Under the pieces are notes generated by a model, which had not been told where the DNA came from, made no database searches, and worked only from the letters and a program-made list of their open reading frames with translations. DNA of 64,000 bases from the sequence record MZ501058; one strand, 5' to 3'. This document shows, one piece after another, positions 45,470 through 54,818 of this stretch (its first letter is position 1; every line of letters begins with the position of its first letter). The position numbers and the translations under genes were made by a program. The stretch comes from Escherichia phage DaisyDussoix.

Positions 45470-45670
45470 ATGGTAAAACGTCTTGTTTATCAGGCACCAA
45501 AGATTGTAACTGAGTATTTTGTATTACTGCCCCAGATTGTATTTCTAACAGCACTATTTAATATACTTTTTCGACATCTAGGAATAACGGAAAATATCTT
45601 CTACACTTCTGAACTACTTCCTTTTATGTACGAAGGCATCATCGTGGCAATTAACGGAGTTCGTAAATGA
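45470..45670 (+). CDS. small membrane protein
   Basis: 66 aa hydrophobic ORF. Confidence 0.4.
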   Translation: MVKRLVYQAPKIVTEYFVLLPQIVFLTALFNILFRHLGITENIFYTSELLPFMYEGIIVAINGVRK

Positions 45671-46128
45671 CAGCACTACAACAACTACAGAATTACTGGT
45701 TTGATAACCAATTTAACGATCTCTTTATCCAGTTATTTGTCGAAACGAACGGACGCTTCAACTACCGATTCTTTAATAAGTTTCACGAAACAAAATTCTC
45801 TCATACAGAAATTAATGCAGCAATTCAAGATCTAACGGGTTCTAAAGTAATTCAGTATCGTGAAGTAGACTTTACACCGGATTGTTTTGGGTTTGAGTTG
45901 TTTAAGAAAGCGTATAAATTTGGTAAGTTTGAAGATGCTCGTCAATGGGTTCACGATTTCTGGTATAATACCGATATTGTCCCTAGTCGTGTGCTGATTC
46001 TTAACTGGATTGCTAAACAACATCCACCTAAAGCTCAATCGTCCTTCTTACCGACTGACACAGGAAACCTCTACCATGACAGAAAAGAAAAATCCATTAT
46101 TGGAGCAGATGAAGGAGTGGGAGAGTAA
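45667..46128 (+). CDS. hypothetical protein
   Basis: 153 aa ORF. Confidence 0.5.
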   Translation: MTALQQLQNYWFDNQFNDLFIQLFVETNGRFNYRFFNKFHETKFSHTEINAAIQDLTGSKVIQYREVDFTPDCFGFELFKKAYKFGKFEDARQWVHDFWYNTDIVPSRVLILNWIAKQHPPKAQSSFLPTDTGNLYHDRKEKSIIGADEGVGE

Positions 46129-46447
46129 TATTGAAACTGGTCTAATAGACGGTGAAGATATTGTTAACTCCATGCTAGAAGTAACAGTAGATAATATTAA
46201 TCCTATTTTGGCTGGAGAAACCTCAGATCTTATAGGACTCTATAGCACATTTGATTCTTTGGCTAAATTAGCTTTAGACGATGAAGAGATAACCAAAGAA
46301 GATCTCGCTACAGCTATGAATATGGCTATTAATGCTTACATCAGTAAACGTACTGATGAACTTGGTAAACAGATCAATAAGCGTGATGCTACGCTAGGTC
46401 TTATGGAAACGGCCACTATGTTAAGAAGTGGTAAACAACTTCATTAA
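46073..46447 (+). CDS. hypothetical acidic protein
   Basis: Internal Met (MTEKKNPLL) of ORF 46010..46447; terminator follows. Confidence 0.4.
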   Translation, partial: TMTEKKNPLLEQMKEWESNIETGLIDGEDIVNSMLEVTVDNINPILAGETSDLIGLYSTFDSLAKLALDDEEITKEDLATAMNMAINAYISKRTDELGKQINKRDATLGLMETATMLRSGKQLH

Positions 46448-46454
46448 TTTTAGG

Positions 46455-46490
46455 GGGCCAGGACTTAATTGTTCTGGCCTTTTATGTTTT
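46455..46490 (+). terminator. rho-independent terminator
   Basis: GGCCAGGAC...TCTGGCCTTTTATGTTTT. Confidence 0.6.
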
Positions 46491-46503
46491 CAAGGAACTT
46501 CAA

Positions 46504-46707
46504 ATGCAAGTATATGTCCTTACTAGAGATATAAATGAGTATAACCAGGATGGTGAATATTTTGTAAAGATATTCGCTGAAAAGCCAAGTAAACAACAAC
46601 TATTAGATGCCGGAGTACCAGAAGACCAGGCTAAGTGTATACTACAAGATAAAGAGTTTACTGGTGATGCTTACGAATGTTTCTACCTTAGCTGTGAGAA
46701 TATCTAA
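46504..46707 (+). CDS. hypothetical small protein
   Basis: 67 aa ORF. Confidence 0.4.
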   Translation: MQVYVLTRDINEYNQDGEYFVKIFAEKPSKQQLLDAGVPEDQAKCILQDKEFTGDAYECFYLSCENI

Positions 46708-46708
46708 T

Positions 46709-47155
46709 ATGAGAGAAAAAGTAAATGAATTATTAATCGAGGAAGCTAACAACTTCCCAATAAATAGGTTTATCAAATCTGATGGATCTATTAATAGAAC
46801 TAAGATTAAGCAGCTACATCCCGACTTTCAGCAAGAAGCACTAAATCTTATATTTATCAAGAAAGCTATTGCAGCTCATGGAGCTTTCTTTGGGTATGAG
46901 CGTGTAAATTATAAAACAATGCAACAGCAAGTCGAGATCTATTGTCCAGATCATGAAGGGTATTATTGGCAAACTGCTAGATCTCATTTAGAAGGGCATG
47001 GTTGTCGACTGTGTGCACACAAGGTTGTGCAGCGTGTCACGGATTATGGAACTTATACCGTACCAGCATGTTATCATAAATTTGTAATTGACGATAATCA
47101 TATAGTTTGGTATAATAAGTTTTCAAAGTTAAGAATGGAGATAAATAGTGAGTAG
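46709..47155 (+). CDS. hypothetical protein with putative Zn-ribbon domain, paralog of the N-terminus of 49176..49904
   Basis: Start MREKVNELLIEEANN; shares NRFIKSDGSINRTKIKQLHPDFQQEALNLIFI...GYERVNYKT...ARSHL.GHGC..CA with the 49176 ORF. Confidence 0.55.
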   Translation: MREKVNELLIEEANNFPINRFIKSDGSINRTKIKQLHPDFQQEALNLIFIKKAIAAHGAFFGYERVNYKTMQQQVEIYCPDHEGYYWQTARSHLEGHGCRLCAHKVVQRVTDYGTYTVPACYHKFVIDDNHIVWYNKFSKLRMEINSE

Positions 47156-47438
47156 CTATATTATATGGTCAAATCCATTAGCAGCACTTAGTAACAAACT
47201 ATTTAAAACAACGTGGGGCTATAATGAAATAGACTTAAGTAGTCGCCCCATACCAAATACATGCTCACTAGTCCCAGATCTGTATAAAGTAGTAATAAAT
47301 AACATAGAATATTTGGTTGACGAATTTGACAGAAGGTATATACTAGAGTGCATTTATGATAACAACACATCAATGAATGAACTGATAGATCATGCCCAAA
47401 TGTGTGATAAAAGCTGGATGTTAATATGGAGATCATAG
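47148..47438 (+). CDS. hypothetical protein
   Basis: 96 aa ORF. Confidence 0.45.
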   Translation: MSSYIIWSNPLAALSNKLFKTTWGYNEIDLSSRPIPNTCSLVPDLYKVVINNIEYLVDEFDRRYILECIYDNNTSMNELIDHAQMCDKSWMLIWRS

Positions 47439-47659
47439 TAATTATTTTAGCAGTTATGTTATTTATTGTAACATTTGTATCATTTGCTATTATGCGCAGA
47501 GCTAAAGAACTAGCGGAAGATATAACAAAATTACGCGGTGAGTTAGCTGCTCTTAAATTACAGCGTGAGGCTTTAAAGTTGTTTGTGGTTCAGGGTAGTG
47601 TAGAGCATACAGCAGAAGACTTCATCATATATCTCAAACGTTACATGGGAGTTAAATAA
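47426..47659 (+). CDS. small membrane protein
   Basis: 77 aa, N-terminal TM helix. Confidence 0.45.
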   Translation: MEIIVIILAVMLFIVTFVSFAIMRRAKELAEDITKLRGELAALKLQREALKLFVVQGSVEHTAEDFIIYLKRYMGVK

Positions 47660-47844
47660 TGGAAACTCTTTTTCTTTTAATGCTCGTAGGTTCCTTGCTA
47701 GTTATATTAGCACTTCTACTGATCTGCAATATTCTTAATAATAAGAATCTAGAGCTAAAGTGTGAGAACCAAATCCTTAATCGTGAACTTAAACAATATA
47801 ACCTAGCAGCCCATAAACTGTTAGACAAACTGGAGAATAAATAA
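47659..47844 (+). CDS. small membrane protein
   Basis: 61 aa, N-terminal TM helix. Confidence 0.4.
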   Translation: METLFLLMLVGSLLVILALLLICNILNNKNLELKCENQILNRELKQYNLAAHKLLDKLENK

Positions 47845-48458
47845 TGTTTACACAACAACCTATTCAAGTAGTACCAGACCATGAACTGAACACATGGGAT
47901 TATAGCTTTAAAGATTTAACGGCTACTGTACAATTCAAATCTATGAAGCTAACATTTGCACACACTGACCTTAGAGCATGTAAAGATCTTGAAAGTAAGC
48001 TCGAAGATGCTCGTAAGATTTTTGGCACGGCCCGCATCCCGGCTGATAACCTGATTAATGCACTAATCGATGCAGGGTACAAACTCGTGAAGACCGAGGT
48101 GAACCGCCCCAGTACTCCAGTGACTATTAGAGATCCGTGGCAATCAGGGCCAATCGCAATGCTGAATAACTCCGATAAAAGATTAATGTCAGATTTGCAC
48201 AATGTTCCATGTGGTGGTGTGGTAAGTAGTACGCAGTCATACAAGTTTGGTGAAGACTACGGCCCTTCTGTACAGCTGAAACATACTCAAGAAGCTTTTG
48301 AATCTGATATGCGAAGCGTAGCACCTGCGGATGCTGGAGTTTCTAGGAGTTCTGTTTGTACTATTCATTTTAATAATCCTAGTAAACATGGAAGCTTAGA
48401 AGATGCTATTATGGAGGCATTGGGAGCTGCTATTAATGAAGATAAGAGGGGTAATTAA
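47844..48458 (+). CDS. hypothetical protein
   Basis: 204 aa ORF. Confidence 0.55.
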   Translation: MFTQQPIQVVPDHELNTWDYSFKDLTATVQFKSMKLTFAHTDLRACKDLESKLEDARKIFGTARIPADNLINALIDAGYKLVKTEVNRPSTPVTIRDPWQSGPIAMLNNSDKRLMSDLHNVPCGGVVSSTQSYKFGEDYGPSVQLKHTQEAFESDMRSVAPADAGVSRSSVCTIHFNNPSKHGSLEDAIMEALGAAINEDKRGN

Positions 48459-49183
48459 TGAGTATAAAAAAGAATTTAGCAGAGATTATTAAGTTAGCTA
48501 GAGCTTGTAATGGAAAATGTGTTTCTCAGCTTAATGAACTAGAAGCACATGCAGTAGCATTTTGTGCAGAGTTTTATCCTGCATACCTTAATGCTAGTGG
48601 GCAACCTAAATATAATAAGGATGCCGAAGAAGTTACGTTAGCTCCTTCATATATTAGCTTGCGTCGTTTAATTCAAACCGTTGATCCTACTATTAAAGGA
48701 TTCTCAGCAGATTCATTCCACGTCTTTGCAGATAAAGAACTCCCGTATTTTAAAGAAGGAAATGCAAAGTCATGTCTAGAATGTTATCCAAATATTCTGA
48801 TGATTCCTCAAAAGCAATGTAAATACGATCATCTTCCTAGACTTACAAAGAAAGTAGAACCACCTTATTCTTCTCTGTCTGAATTAAAGCTAGGAATTGT
48901 ATCTACGCTTGCGCAGGTTCATCTAAGTATAGTTGACGACTCAACAACATCTAACCCTATTCTAGATGCTGCACATTATGAAATCTTACGTGATCCTGAG
49001 CAGGCTAGAAAAGTTGCGAAGTCTGTTAAGTTTGACATCTCAACAATTCTTGACACTAAACAAGAAACTAGACCTAGAGGAAGTGTAGATTATTCTGCGC
49101 TAAATTCCGAGTCATCTTACTTAGCAACATTCCTTTTCATGGCGTCAAAAGGGGTTATTCTAAAGGTTAATAAAGATGGATGA
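48458..49183 (+). CDS. hypothetical protein
   Basis: 241 aa ORF. Confidence 0.55.
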   Translation: MSIKKNLAEIIKLARACNGKCVSQLNELEAHAVAFCAEFYPAYLNASGQPKYNKDAEEVTLAPSYISLRRLIQTVDPTIKGFSADSFHVFADKELPYFKEGNAKSCLECYPNILMIPQKQCKYDHLPRLTKKVEPPYSSLSELKLGIVSTLAQVHLSIVDDSTTSNPILDAAHYEILRDPEQARKVAKSVKFDISTILDTKQETRPRGSVDYSALNSESSYLATFLFMASKGVILKVNKDG

Positions 49184-49904
49184 TTTACGTGCTGAAATTA
49201 ATAAAAAGTTACGAGAGGAAGCCCGGAGGTTTCCTCTTAAAAACTTTTTGAAGTCAAATGGCTCTACTAATATAACGAAGATTAGGCAACTTCACCCTGA
49301 CTTCCAACAAGAGGCCTTAAACCTTATCTTTATTAGGAAAGCTTTAAAAGTCCAGAAAGAAGAGTATGGGTATGAAAGAGTTAATTATAAGACAGCCAAT
49401 CAGTTAGTAGAGATATGGTGCTATAAACATAAAGGATACTTTATGCAAACTGCTAGATCTCACCTAGATGGGCACGGTTGTTTACAATGTGCTAGGGAAA
49501 GCAACCTAAATACACCTATCGAGAAACCGGAGGTAGAAGAAGATGTTCAGTCCCCCACATATCTCTATATCTTCTCTAATAAAGATCAGTCTAGGAAGAA
49601 ATTAAAGACAAAGATTGGGTTTTCTAGAGAGCCACATCAAAGGTTTAAGAATCTAGAGTATGATAAATTGCGTGTGCCGGGTTTTGAAGATATGGAAGTA
49701 TTTGGTATCTACCAGTATAAGAAAGGATCGAAAGAACTCGCTTACAAAATAGAACACCAAGCACATAAATTTTTCGAGAATAAATTTGCTAACCATTATA
49801 AATTCGATGGAGCAAAAGAGATATTCAACATTAAAGCTGTAGAGGCAGAAGAATATCTATTAAGTCAAGGTTGCATAAAAATTTACCCAACTCCAAACTC
49901 ATGA
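49176..49904 (+). CDS. T5orf172/GIY-YIG-like domain protein with N-terminal Zn-ribbon-like domain, putative homing endonuclease
   Basis: 242 aa; C-terminal YLYIFSNKDQSRKKLKTKIGFSREPHQRFKNL resembles T5orf172 core; N-terminus paralogous to 46709. Confidence 0.6.
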   Translation: MDDLRAEINKKLREEARRFPLKNFLKSNGSTNITKIRQLHPDFQQEALNLIFIRKALKVQKEEYGYERVNYKTANQLVEIWCYKHKGYFMQTARSHLDGHGCLQCARESNLNTPIEKPEVEEDVQSPTYLYIFSNKDQSRKKLKTKIGFSREPHQRFKNLEYDKLRVPGFEDMEVFGIYQYKKGSKELAYKIEHQAHKFFENKFANHYKFDGAKEIFNIKAVEAEEYLLSQGCIKIYPTPNS

Positions 49905-49931
49905 CAAAAATTTAAAAGTAACGAAATCTGC

Positions 49932-49961
49932 TTGACATTCGTGAGAATAATGTGTTATAAT
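49932..49961 (+). promoter_or_regulatory. consensus sigma70 promoter reading into the ORF-free repeat block
   Basis: CTTGACA, 17-18 bp spacer, TGTTATAAT; no ORF of 60 aa or more downstream for about 1.6 kb. Confidence 0.55.
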
Positions 49962-50290
49962 AATCTCATAGATTAAAAACATCAACTTGTTTTTACCTCT
50001 AGGCCGTAGATTTACATCATTCCTCGTAGGAAAACACTTGATGACGGTTCTGTTCGCAGGTTCTCGTCAATTGTTCTTCCACACCGAGACTTAGGAGGAT
50101 GTATCAAATCGCACGCGCCTAGAGGGGCTAACTCTCATGAAATGGGGGTATATTAACTTTTAAATAACTGATAAATATTTAAAGGCAATATCTGTGTTCA
50201 AGATGATACACCTGTTGCCGCTCATCTGCTAGGATGGCACAACACTTTCTTCTAGACTCCTAAGTTTCTAGGAAAACTCTGGTTAACTCA

Positions 50291-50363
50291 GGCGGTTTTC
50301 ATGTTCCTAGAAACTCTAGCAATAGGCGGTTAATATAGGGCGGTTATAGGGAGGGCGGTTATT
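50291..50363. repeat. direct repeats of GGCGGTTA (4 copies) interleaved with TCTAGAA motifs
   Basis: AGGCGGTTTT, AGGCGGTTAAT, GGGCGGTTATAG, GGGCGGTTATTT within 75 bp. Confidence 0.6.
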
Positions 50364-50404
50364 TCTAGAAGACATTTTTTGAAAACACATTTCTGGATTT
50401 TACT

Positions 50405-51010
50405 GTCGGATTTGCACATTGTGTTTCTAGAAATTTATGGTCGGATTTGCACAAACGCCTAAGTTTTTAGGAACTCTTACTCTCCTGAAAATAGCAGCAT
50501 TATTTCGGGCCGAAGGCCCGTGATTGCCTGAGTTTTTAGAGCCACAGAAATTTTCACTTGTCAAGCTATTTTGCCCCATTTTGCTAATAAAATTTTACTT
50601 TATCTCCACTAATCTCAAATTAACCCAAATCTTCTCAACTCTTCCCCAAAAACGCAGCAAATCAGGTGCTCCGCACCAAACATGCGCCTCTCTCACAGTT
50701 CCCCCAAGTTTCTCTCGCTCTCTCAACTTCTCCCCAAACCCACACAATCACACACCCTCCAATCGAAGTCACAAAAATCTTGTCGGATTCGCACATCTTA
50801 ATCCTAGAAAAACCGTGTCGGATTTGCACATACCCCACAGGATTCGAACGCAGTTCGAGATTGCTGGAGTTTTTGGGAAAATTCATTGTCGGATTTGCAC
50901 ACTATAAAAATTTTTCGGGTCGGATTTGCACACTACCAAAAATTGTCGGATTCGCACATACATGCCCGCACGTAACACCCGTGGAGCAATGTCGGATTTG
51001 CACAAAAGCG
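50405..51010. repeat. iteron-like array: 8 copies of GTCGGATT(T/C)GCACA
   Basis: Copies near 50406, 50440, 50783, 50815, 50887, 50918, 50943, 50990, all same orientation, irregular spacing; the ORF-track calls here are probably spurious. Confidence 0.7.
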
Positions 51011-51215
51011 CAGGGCAATTGCCCTGCTTGCCTGAATGCGAATGATAATGAGAATCATTCGCATTTAAAAAGCGGAACGAGAATGATAATAATTCGCATT
51101 TAAGAATGGAAGTGAGAATTATTCAGGAAGTGAAACGATTCTCATTTAAAAAGTGGAATGATTATTAGTTAGATAGTGAAATGCGAATGATAATGATTCG
51201 CATTTAAGAATGGAA
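51011..51215. repeat. array of AATGCGAATGATAAT...ATTCGCATTTAA hairpin-forming repeats
   Basis: Palindrome CAGGGCAATTGCCCTG, then three AATGCGAATGA/TCATTCGCATT inverted-repeat units each followed by TTAAGAATGGAAGTGAG-like sequence. Confidence 0.6.
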
Positions 51216-51237
51216 GTGAGTAACACTATTATTTAAG

Positions 51238-51319
51238 TTATCCACAGACTTATTAACAGCACGATTTGACTTGACAAAATCCTAGCCATTTTGAGGCGTT
51301 ATTAACAGACTTATCCACA
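51238..51319. promoter_or_regulatory. DnaA boxes (2 consensus TTATCCACA sites)
   Basis: TTATCCACA at 51238-51246 and 51311-51319. Confidence 0.6.
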
Positions 51320-51328
51320 GGTTATCCT

Positions 51329-51348
51329 ACTGTATAAATATACAGTAT
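51329..51348. promoter_or_regulatory. LexA (SOS) box, near-consensus
   Basis: TACTGTATAAATATACAGTA versus consensus TACTGTATATATATACAGTA, 19 of 20 match. Confidence 0.6.
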
Positions 51349-51540
51349 TCCTACGCAGTGAATAATTCTAATATACAGCTAAAACGCTCTCAAACGCATT
51401 CTAACGCGTTTAATTTTGGTGGGGATACTAAAACAAGGGCAAAATTGGAGGAGGCTTGAAAATTAGTTAGCTCGCTAATGATCACACAAGGCGATACGTA
51501 ACACCCTAATCATTAGCAGGCTAACCATCGCGGGCGCGGT

Positions 51541-51563
51541 CAAATGAGAATCATTCTCATTTG
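51541..51563. repeat. perfect palindrome CAAATGAGAATCATTCTCATTTG
   Basis: 10-bp arms; related to the GAGAATCATTC units upstream. Confidence 0.55.
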
Positions 51564-51604
51564 AAAATTGGGGGGCACTTCCTGATAGTTGCGCCCCGTG
51601 ATTA

Positions 51605-51799
51605 TTAGTCTGGTAGTCGGTGCGTGATTTTCTCCTCCTCCCCGTAGGAATCTACCAAATGTTGATAATAACCATCGTGATCATAAATCACTTTATCATA
51701 CTCGCCACGCTCGACCGCTTGTCGGTTTTCCGGCGTATCGGGCACGTAAAAAACATCAACCATTGTACTGATTTTGGTTACAACAATTTTATTGCTCAT
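51605..51799 (-). CDS. hypothetical protein (pre-early-like module)
   Basis: 64 aa, last gene of the minus-strand operon. Confidence 0.5.
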   Translation of the reverse strand: MSNKIVVTKISTMVDVFYVPDTPENRQAVERGEYDKVIYDHDGYYQHLVDSYGEEEKITHRLPD

Positions 51800-51824
51800 A
51801 ATAACGCCCCGTTACTATATAATC

Positions 51825-52169
51825 TCATTGCGCCACCTTTCGAAATGCTGTTTCAATACTATCAGCGGTGGATTGAATATATGCGCCTTTCATTATCAGG
51901 CGCTCGGTACATACCTTGCGGAAAATATTAATAAAATCATCTTCATTTTCTGCAATTAATGCTTCACCCATAACCTGAACGTCACAAGATGCAAAGGTCA
52001 AAAATTGAAACGCTAGTTCACGGGCAACGACCGCATTGATTTTATAATGCGCCTTGCCCTCATAAATATTAATAACGCCCTTATAGGCTGGGGAAAGCTG
52101 ATTTAAATAGTTTGCTAACAATGCCGGGCGGCAATTAGCAACAAAACGATTGCCCTCATAAATAACCAT
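51825..52169 (-). CDS. hypothetical protein
   Basis: ORF 51825..52208 trimmed to Met (MVIYEGNRF) whose ATG follows the upstream stop by 1 nt. Confidence 0.5.
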   Translation of the reverse strand: MVIYEGNRFVANCRPALLANYLNQLSPAYKGVINIYEGKAHYKINAVVARELAFQFLTFASCDVQVMGEALIAENEDDFINIFRKVCTERLIMKGAYIQSTADSIETAFRKVAQ

Positions 52170-52170
52170 T

Positions 52171-52383
52171 TTATAATACCCCACGAAACGCAGCGTAAAA
52201 GGTGGCAAAGTGTTTAACTGTTTCAGCGATCATGTTGCCGCGCTTGTCAAATTTCTTTTCTGTAACACGAAAGGCATTCTTATTACGTGCTACATATTCG
52301 ATTTTACAATCTTCCCGCTCGAACGTGTTAACGTCCACCAGCTTAAAGCCTTTCGAACGTGCGAGAGAAACATTACGAATCAT
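52171..52383 (-). CDS. hypothetical protein
   Basis: 70 aa ORF. Confidence 0.5.
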   Translation of the reverse strand: MIRNVSLARSKGFKLVDVNTFEREDCKIEYVARNKNAFRVTEKKFDKRGNMIAETVKHFATFYAAFRGVL

Positions 52384-52385
52384 TT

Positions 52386-52535
52386 TTATTCTCCTTTACT
52401 AGTCATGCAGCCCAGCAGATAAGAAAATACAGCGATACCCGCGCCGATAATAACGGCGTGAACACCGAAAGCTATTGCAAACAACGATAAAATAGCGCCC
52501 AAGATACCCGCCAGAATAGCTCGAAAAATAATCAT
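52386..52535 (-). CDS. small hydrophobic membrane protein
   Basis: About 49 aa (MIIFRAILAGILGAILSLFAIAFGVHAVIIGAGIAVFSYLL...) with GGAGAATAA RBS; below ORF-track cutoff. Confidence 0.35.
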   Translation of the reverse strand: MIIFRAILAGILGAILSLFAIAFGVHAVIIGAGIAVFSYLLGCMTSKGE

Positions 52536-52581
52536 TTTTATTCTCCTAGTCAGTGGGGGATATAATATCCCCCGTTATTAA

Positions 52582-52812
52582 TTACATTAAAACAATTTTT
52601 GCAGCTTGTTTTTTAGTGCAATGTTCAGCTTTCAGGGTATCCAGCAAAAAGCCCGCCGTTTGCTGATCGATTTTATCGGCGTTGTATAGTTCCTGAATGG
52701 TATTATAAGTTTTAGCAATGCCGAACTCCTGCACCATTTCATAGATGACAGCACGATTAGATACCCAGCCTTGAGCGGTGAACAGATGAGTAGCAGAAGA
52801 GTAAGCAACCAT
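52582..52812 (-). CDS. hypothetical protein
   Basis: 76 aa ORF. Confidence 0.5.
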   Translation of the reverse strand: MVAYSSATHLFTAQGWVSNRAVIYEMVQEFGIAKTYNTIQELYNADKIDQQTAGFLLDTLKAEHCTKKQAAKIVLM

Positions 52813-52916
52813 TTTAAGCCTCCAAATTTTTGGGAAATTTTCAACCCACCGTTTTGGTGTAAAAGCATTATAACAAAAAAGGCCACCATAAAAGGCGACC
52901 TTTACAAAACTTTACA

Positions 52917-53411
52917 TTAAACTACTTGTAAGGACTCAACATTGAAACATCGTTTCAATTCGTCATGCAAAACGGCATATTCCTCCCATCGGGTATTATC
53001 AGGAATATAAACAAGCTGTTTTAATCGGTTTGCATATATTACCGCTTTGTTATCGACTATCTCGACGCCGCCATATTTAATAATTAATTTCATGACGGAA
53101 TTAATAGGATCGCCGCCGTTTACATATGTGCCGGATTTACTTAGCTGATAATGATAAAGGCTTGCGTATACGTTTTCATTTTCATACCATTCGCCAGTTT
53201 CTTCGTCTTCATAGCCATCGCTACCAAAACGAGAAGCATTATCAACAGCCATTTCATGAGCAAAAGCGTCCAGATCCGTACCAGCAGGAACAAAATATTC
53301 CTCGGTATTCCCTTCCCCGCAATAGCCAGTATGACAATCGACTAAAATGATCATATCATGTTTAGCCGTGCTCACTTCCCCTAGCGAGAAGCCGTATTTT
53401 TCCTCAGCCAT
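52917..53411 (-). CDS. hypothetical acidic protein
   Basis: 164 aa ORF with GGAGG RBS. Confidence 0.55.
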   Translation of the reverse strand: MAEEKYGFSLGEVSTAKHDMIILVDCHTGYCGEGNTEEYFVPAGTDLDAFAHEMAVDNASRFGSDGYEDEETGEWYENENVYASLYHYQLSKSGTYVNGGDPINSVMKLIIKYGGVEIVDNKAVIYANRLKQLVYIPDNTRWEEYAVLHDELKRCFNVESLQVV

Positions 53412-53425
53412 TAGTTAGCCTCCTA

Positions 53426-53743
53426 TTAATTAGCGGGAAAATAAAACTGATTGCCTGTTTCATATTGGTCATTGTCTAAGAATACAACCTCATCCGTGAT
53501 TACTTCCGATTCTGATACTCCTATTAATAACTCACCTTTAAAAACGCAAAGTTTTCCATGACCTAAATCACGAAAGGCATGAAATCCGTTTGCGCTTTCT
53601 GCATGTTGCCATACGTGGGGCCATCCTGCTTTTTTCCATGAATCGGCGGTGTCTACTACTTCCGAAGAATAGTTAATGTGAGGATAGTCATCGCGCTGGA
53701 TTCTACCTTGCAATTGTTCTAGCATTTTTTGGTTAAGCTGCAT
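53426..53743 (-). CDS. hypothetical protein
   Basis: Start MQLNQKMLEQ preceded by AGGAGG RBS. Confidence 0.5.
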   Translation of the reverse strand: MQLNQKMLEQLQGRIQRDDYPHINYSSEVVDTADSWKKAGWPHVWQHAESANGFHAFRDLGHGKLCVFKGELLIGVSESEVITDEVVFLDNDQYETGNQFYFPAN

Positions 53744-53807
53744 AATTAGCCTCCTATTAATTAACAAGGGAATAGTAAAGTGGGGAAATAATCCCCACTA
53801 AATATTA

Positions 53808-54818
53808 TTACTCGATTTCGGTGCTAGTGGTAAAAGTAGAAATATCAATACCTTTCACCATTTCATCAATCATTTCAGCGATGTTGAAACTTTGTACCAT
53901 TTCCAACATTGCCGCCTCCATAGCCGCCCCTGCTACCGCTTTCGCCTTTTGGTTAGTCGGTGCGTACTGGTCAACCGCTACACTCAGCAGGTTAGCGATC
54001 ACTACACGACCAATAGGAGTATCGATATAACCTTTGATCATAAACGGTGCTTTTTTAGCCGCTACTTTCGTAATTTGAGTCAGTGCAATTTTACCCGCTT
54101 CCAGTTTTGCAGCATTTACAACAGCGGATTTATTAGCGGCAACGATGTTAGCAATCTTGGTCATGGTGTTTTTTCCTTTGTTTTCAGTAGTTTGAGTGTT
54201 AACGCTTTGAGTGTTAGAATTTACAGCATGGTTTTCTACGCTGTCAATAATCTGATCTTCATCTTTCCAGAAAGAAAAACCAGCGCTTTCTATATCCCCA
54301 TCATAAATATATGGGTATAGCTCCCGTGGTAACAAAAAATTACCATCGCCATCAAAAGCCATTATACCAGTATATTGAGATCCGTCGTTATCCGGCTTAT
54401 GCCATCCAGCGGGTAAATACTTCCAGATAACATCTAAAAATCCCTCAATGCTAGAAAGTCTATTTATCAGATCAAGCCCAATAAGCTCGAAACCATTTAT
54501 ATTAAATGATTGACGGCCTGAATTGCTATGATACGCAACAATATTATTACCCTGCGCAATAATAAAATCGGTATCCGGCCCCGCTCCCCTGCCTGTAAAG
54601 ATATGGCAATCCCGATTATATAAAACTAGCGTTGCCCCTTGTTTATATAACGGCAAAAAACCATCCATATCATAAGCGTCATAATCATCAAAAAAGTTTT
54701 GATGAATAGTTTCAGCCTTGTTAATAAAATGTTTAATGCTGGTTGACTTGCTACCGTCCAGCAGGTTGCGCAATGCGCCTTTTAAAACGGTGGCATTATC
54801 AGGTTTATACAGCCTCAT
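53808..54818 (-). CDS. hypothetical protein, first gene of minus-strand operon
   Basis: 336 aa; start MRLYKPD preceded by GAGGAGG RBS; no motif recognised. Confidence 0.6.
   Translation of the reverse strand: MRLYKPDNATVLKGALRNLLDGSKSTSIKHFINKAETIHQNFFDDYDAYDMDGFLPLYKQGATLVLYNRDCHIFTGRGAGPDTDFIIAQGNNIVAYHSNSGRQSFNINGFELIGLDLINRLSSIEGFLDVIWKYLPAGWHKPDNDGSQYTGIMAFDGDGNFLLPRELYPYIYDGDIESAGFSFWKDEDQIIDSVENHAVNSNTQSVNTQTTENKGKNTMTKIANIVAANKSAVVNAAKLEAGKIALTQITKVAAKKAPFMIKGYIDTPIGRVVIANLLSVAVDQYAPTNQKAKAVAGAAMEAAMLEMVQSFNIAEMIDEMVKGIDISTFTTSTEIE

Larger units (their letters stand above)
51237..51420. repeat. left arm of about 180-bp imperfect inverted repeat flanking the minus-strand operon
   Basis: Matches the reverse complement of 55000-55192: shared CAGACTTATCCACAGGTTAT(C/T)C(T/C)ACTGTATAAATATACAG, CGCATTCTAACG and TTGAC elements. 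Confidence 0.6.

Noticed and set aside
50405-51010. Possible CRISPR array suggested by the repeated 14-mer
   Set aside because: Repeats are only about 14 bp, irregularly spaced (20 to 340 bp apart), not palindromic in CRISPR style, and there are no cas genes; better described as iteron-like direct repeats.
50524-51103. ORF-track frames 50524..50907(+), 50662..50886(-), 50666..51103(+)
   Set aside because: They lie entirely within the low-complexity repeat block, overlap each other, lack RBS, and have repeat-driven composition (runs of Ser/Pro/His); treated as spurious.
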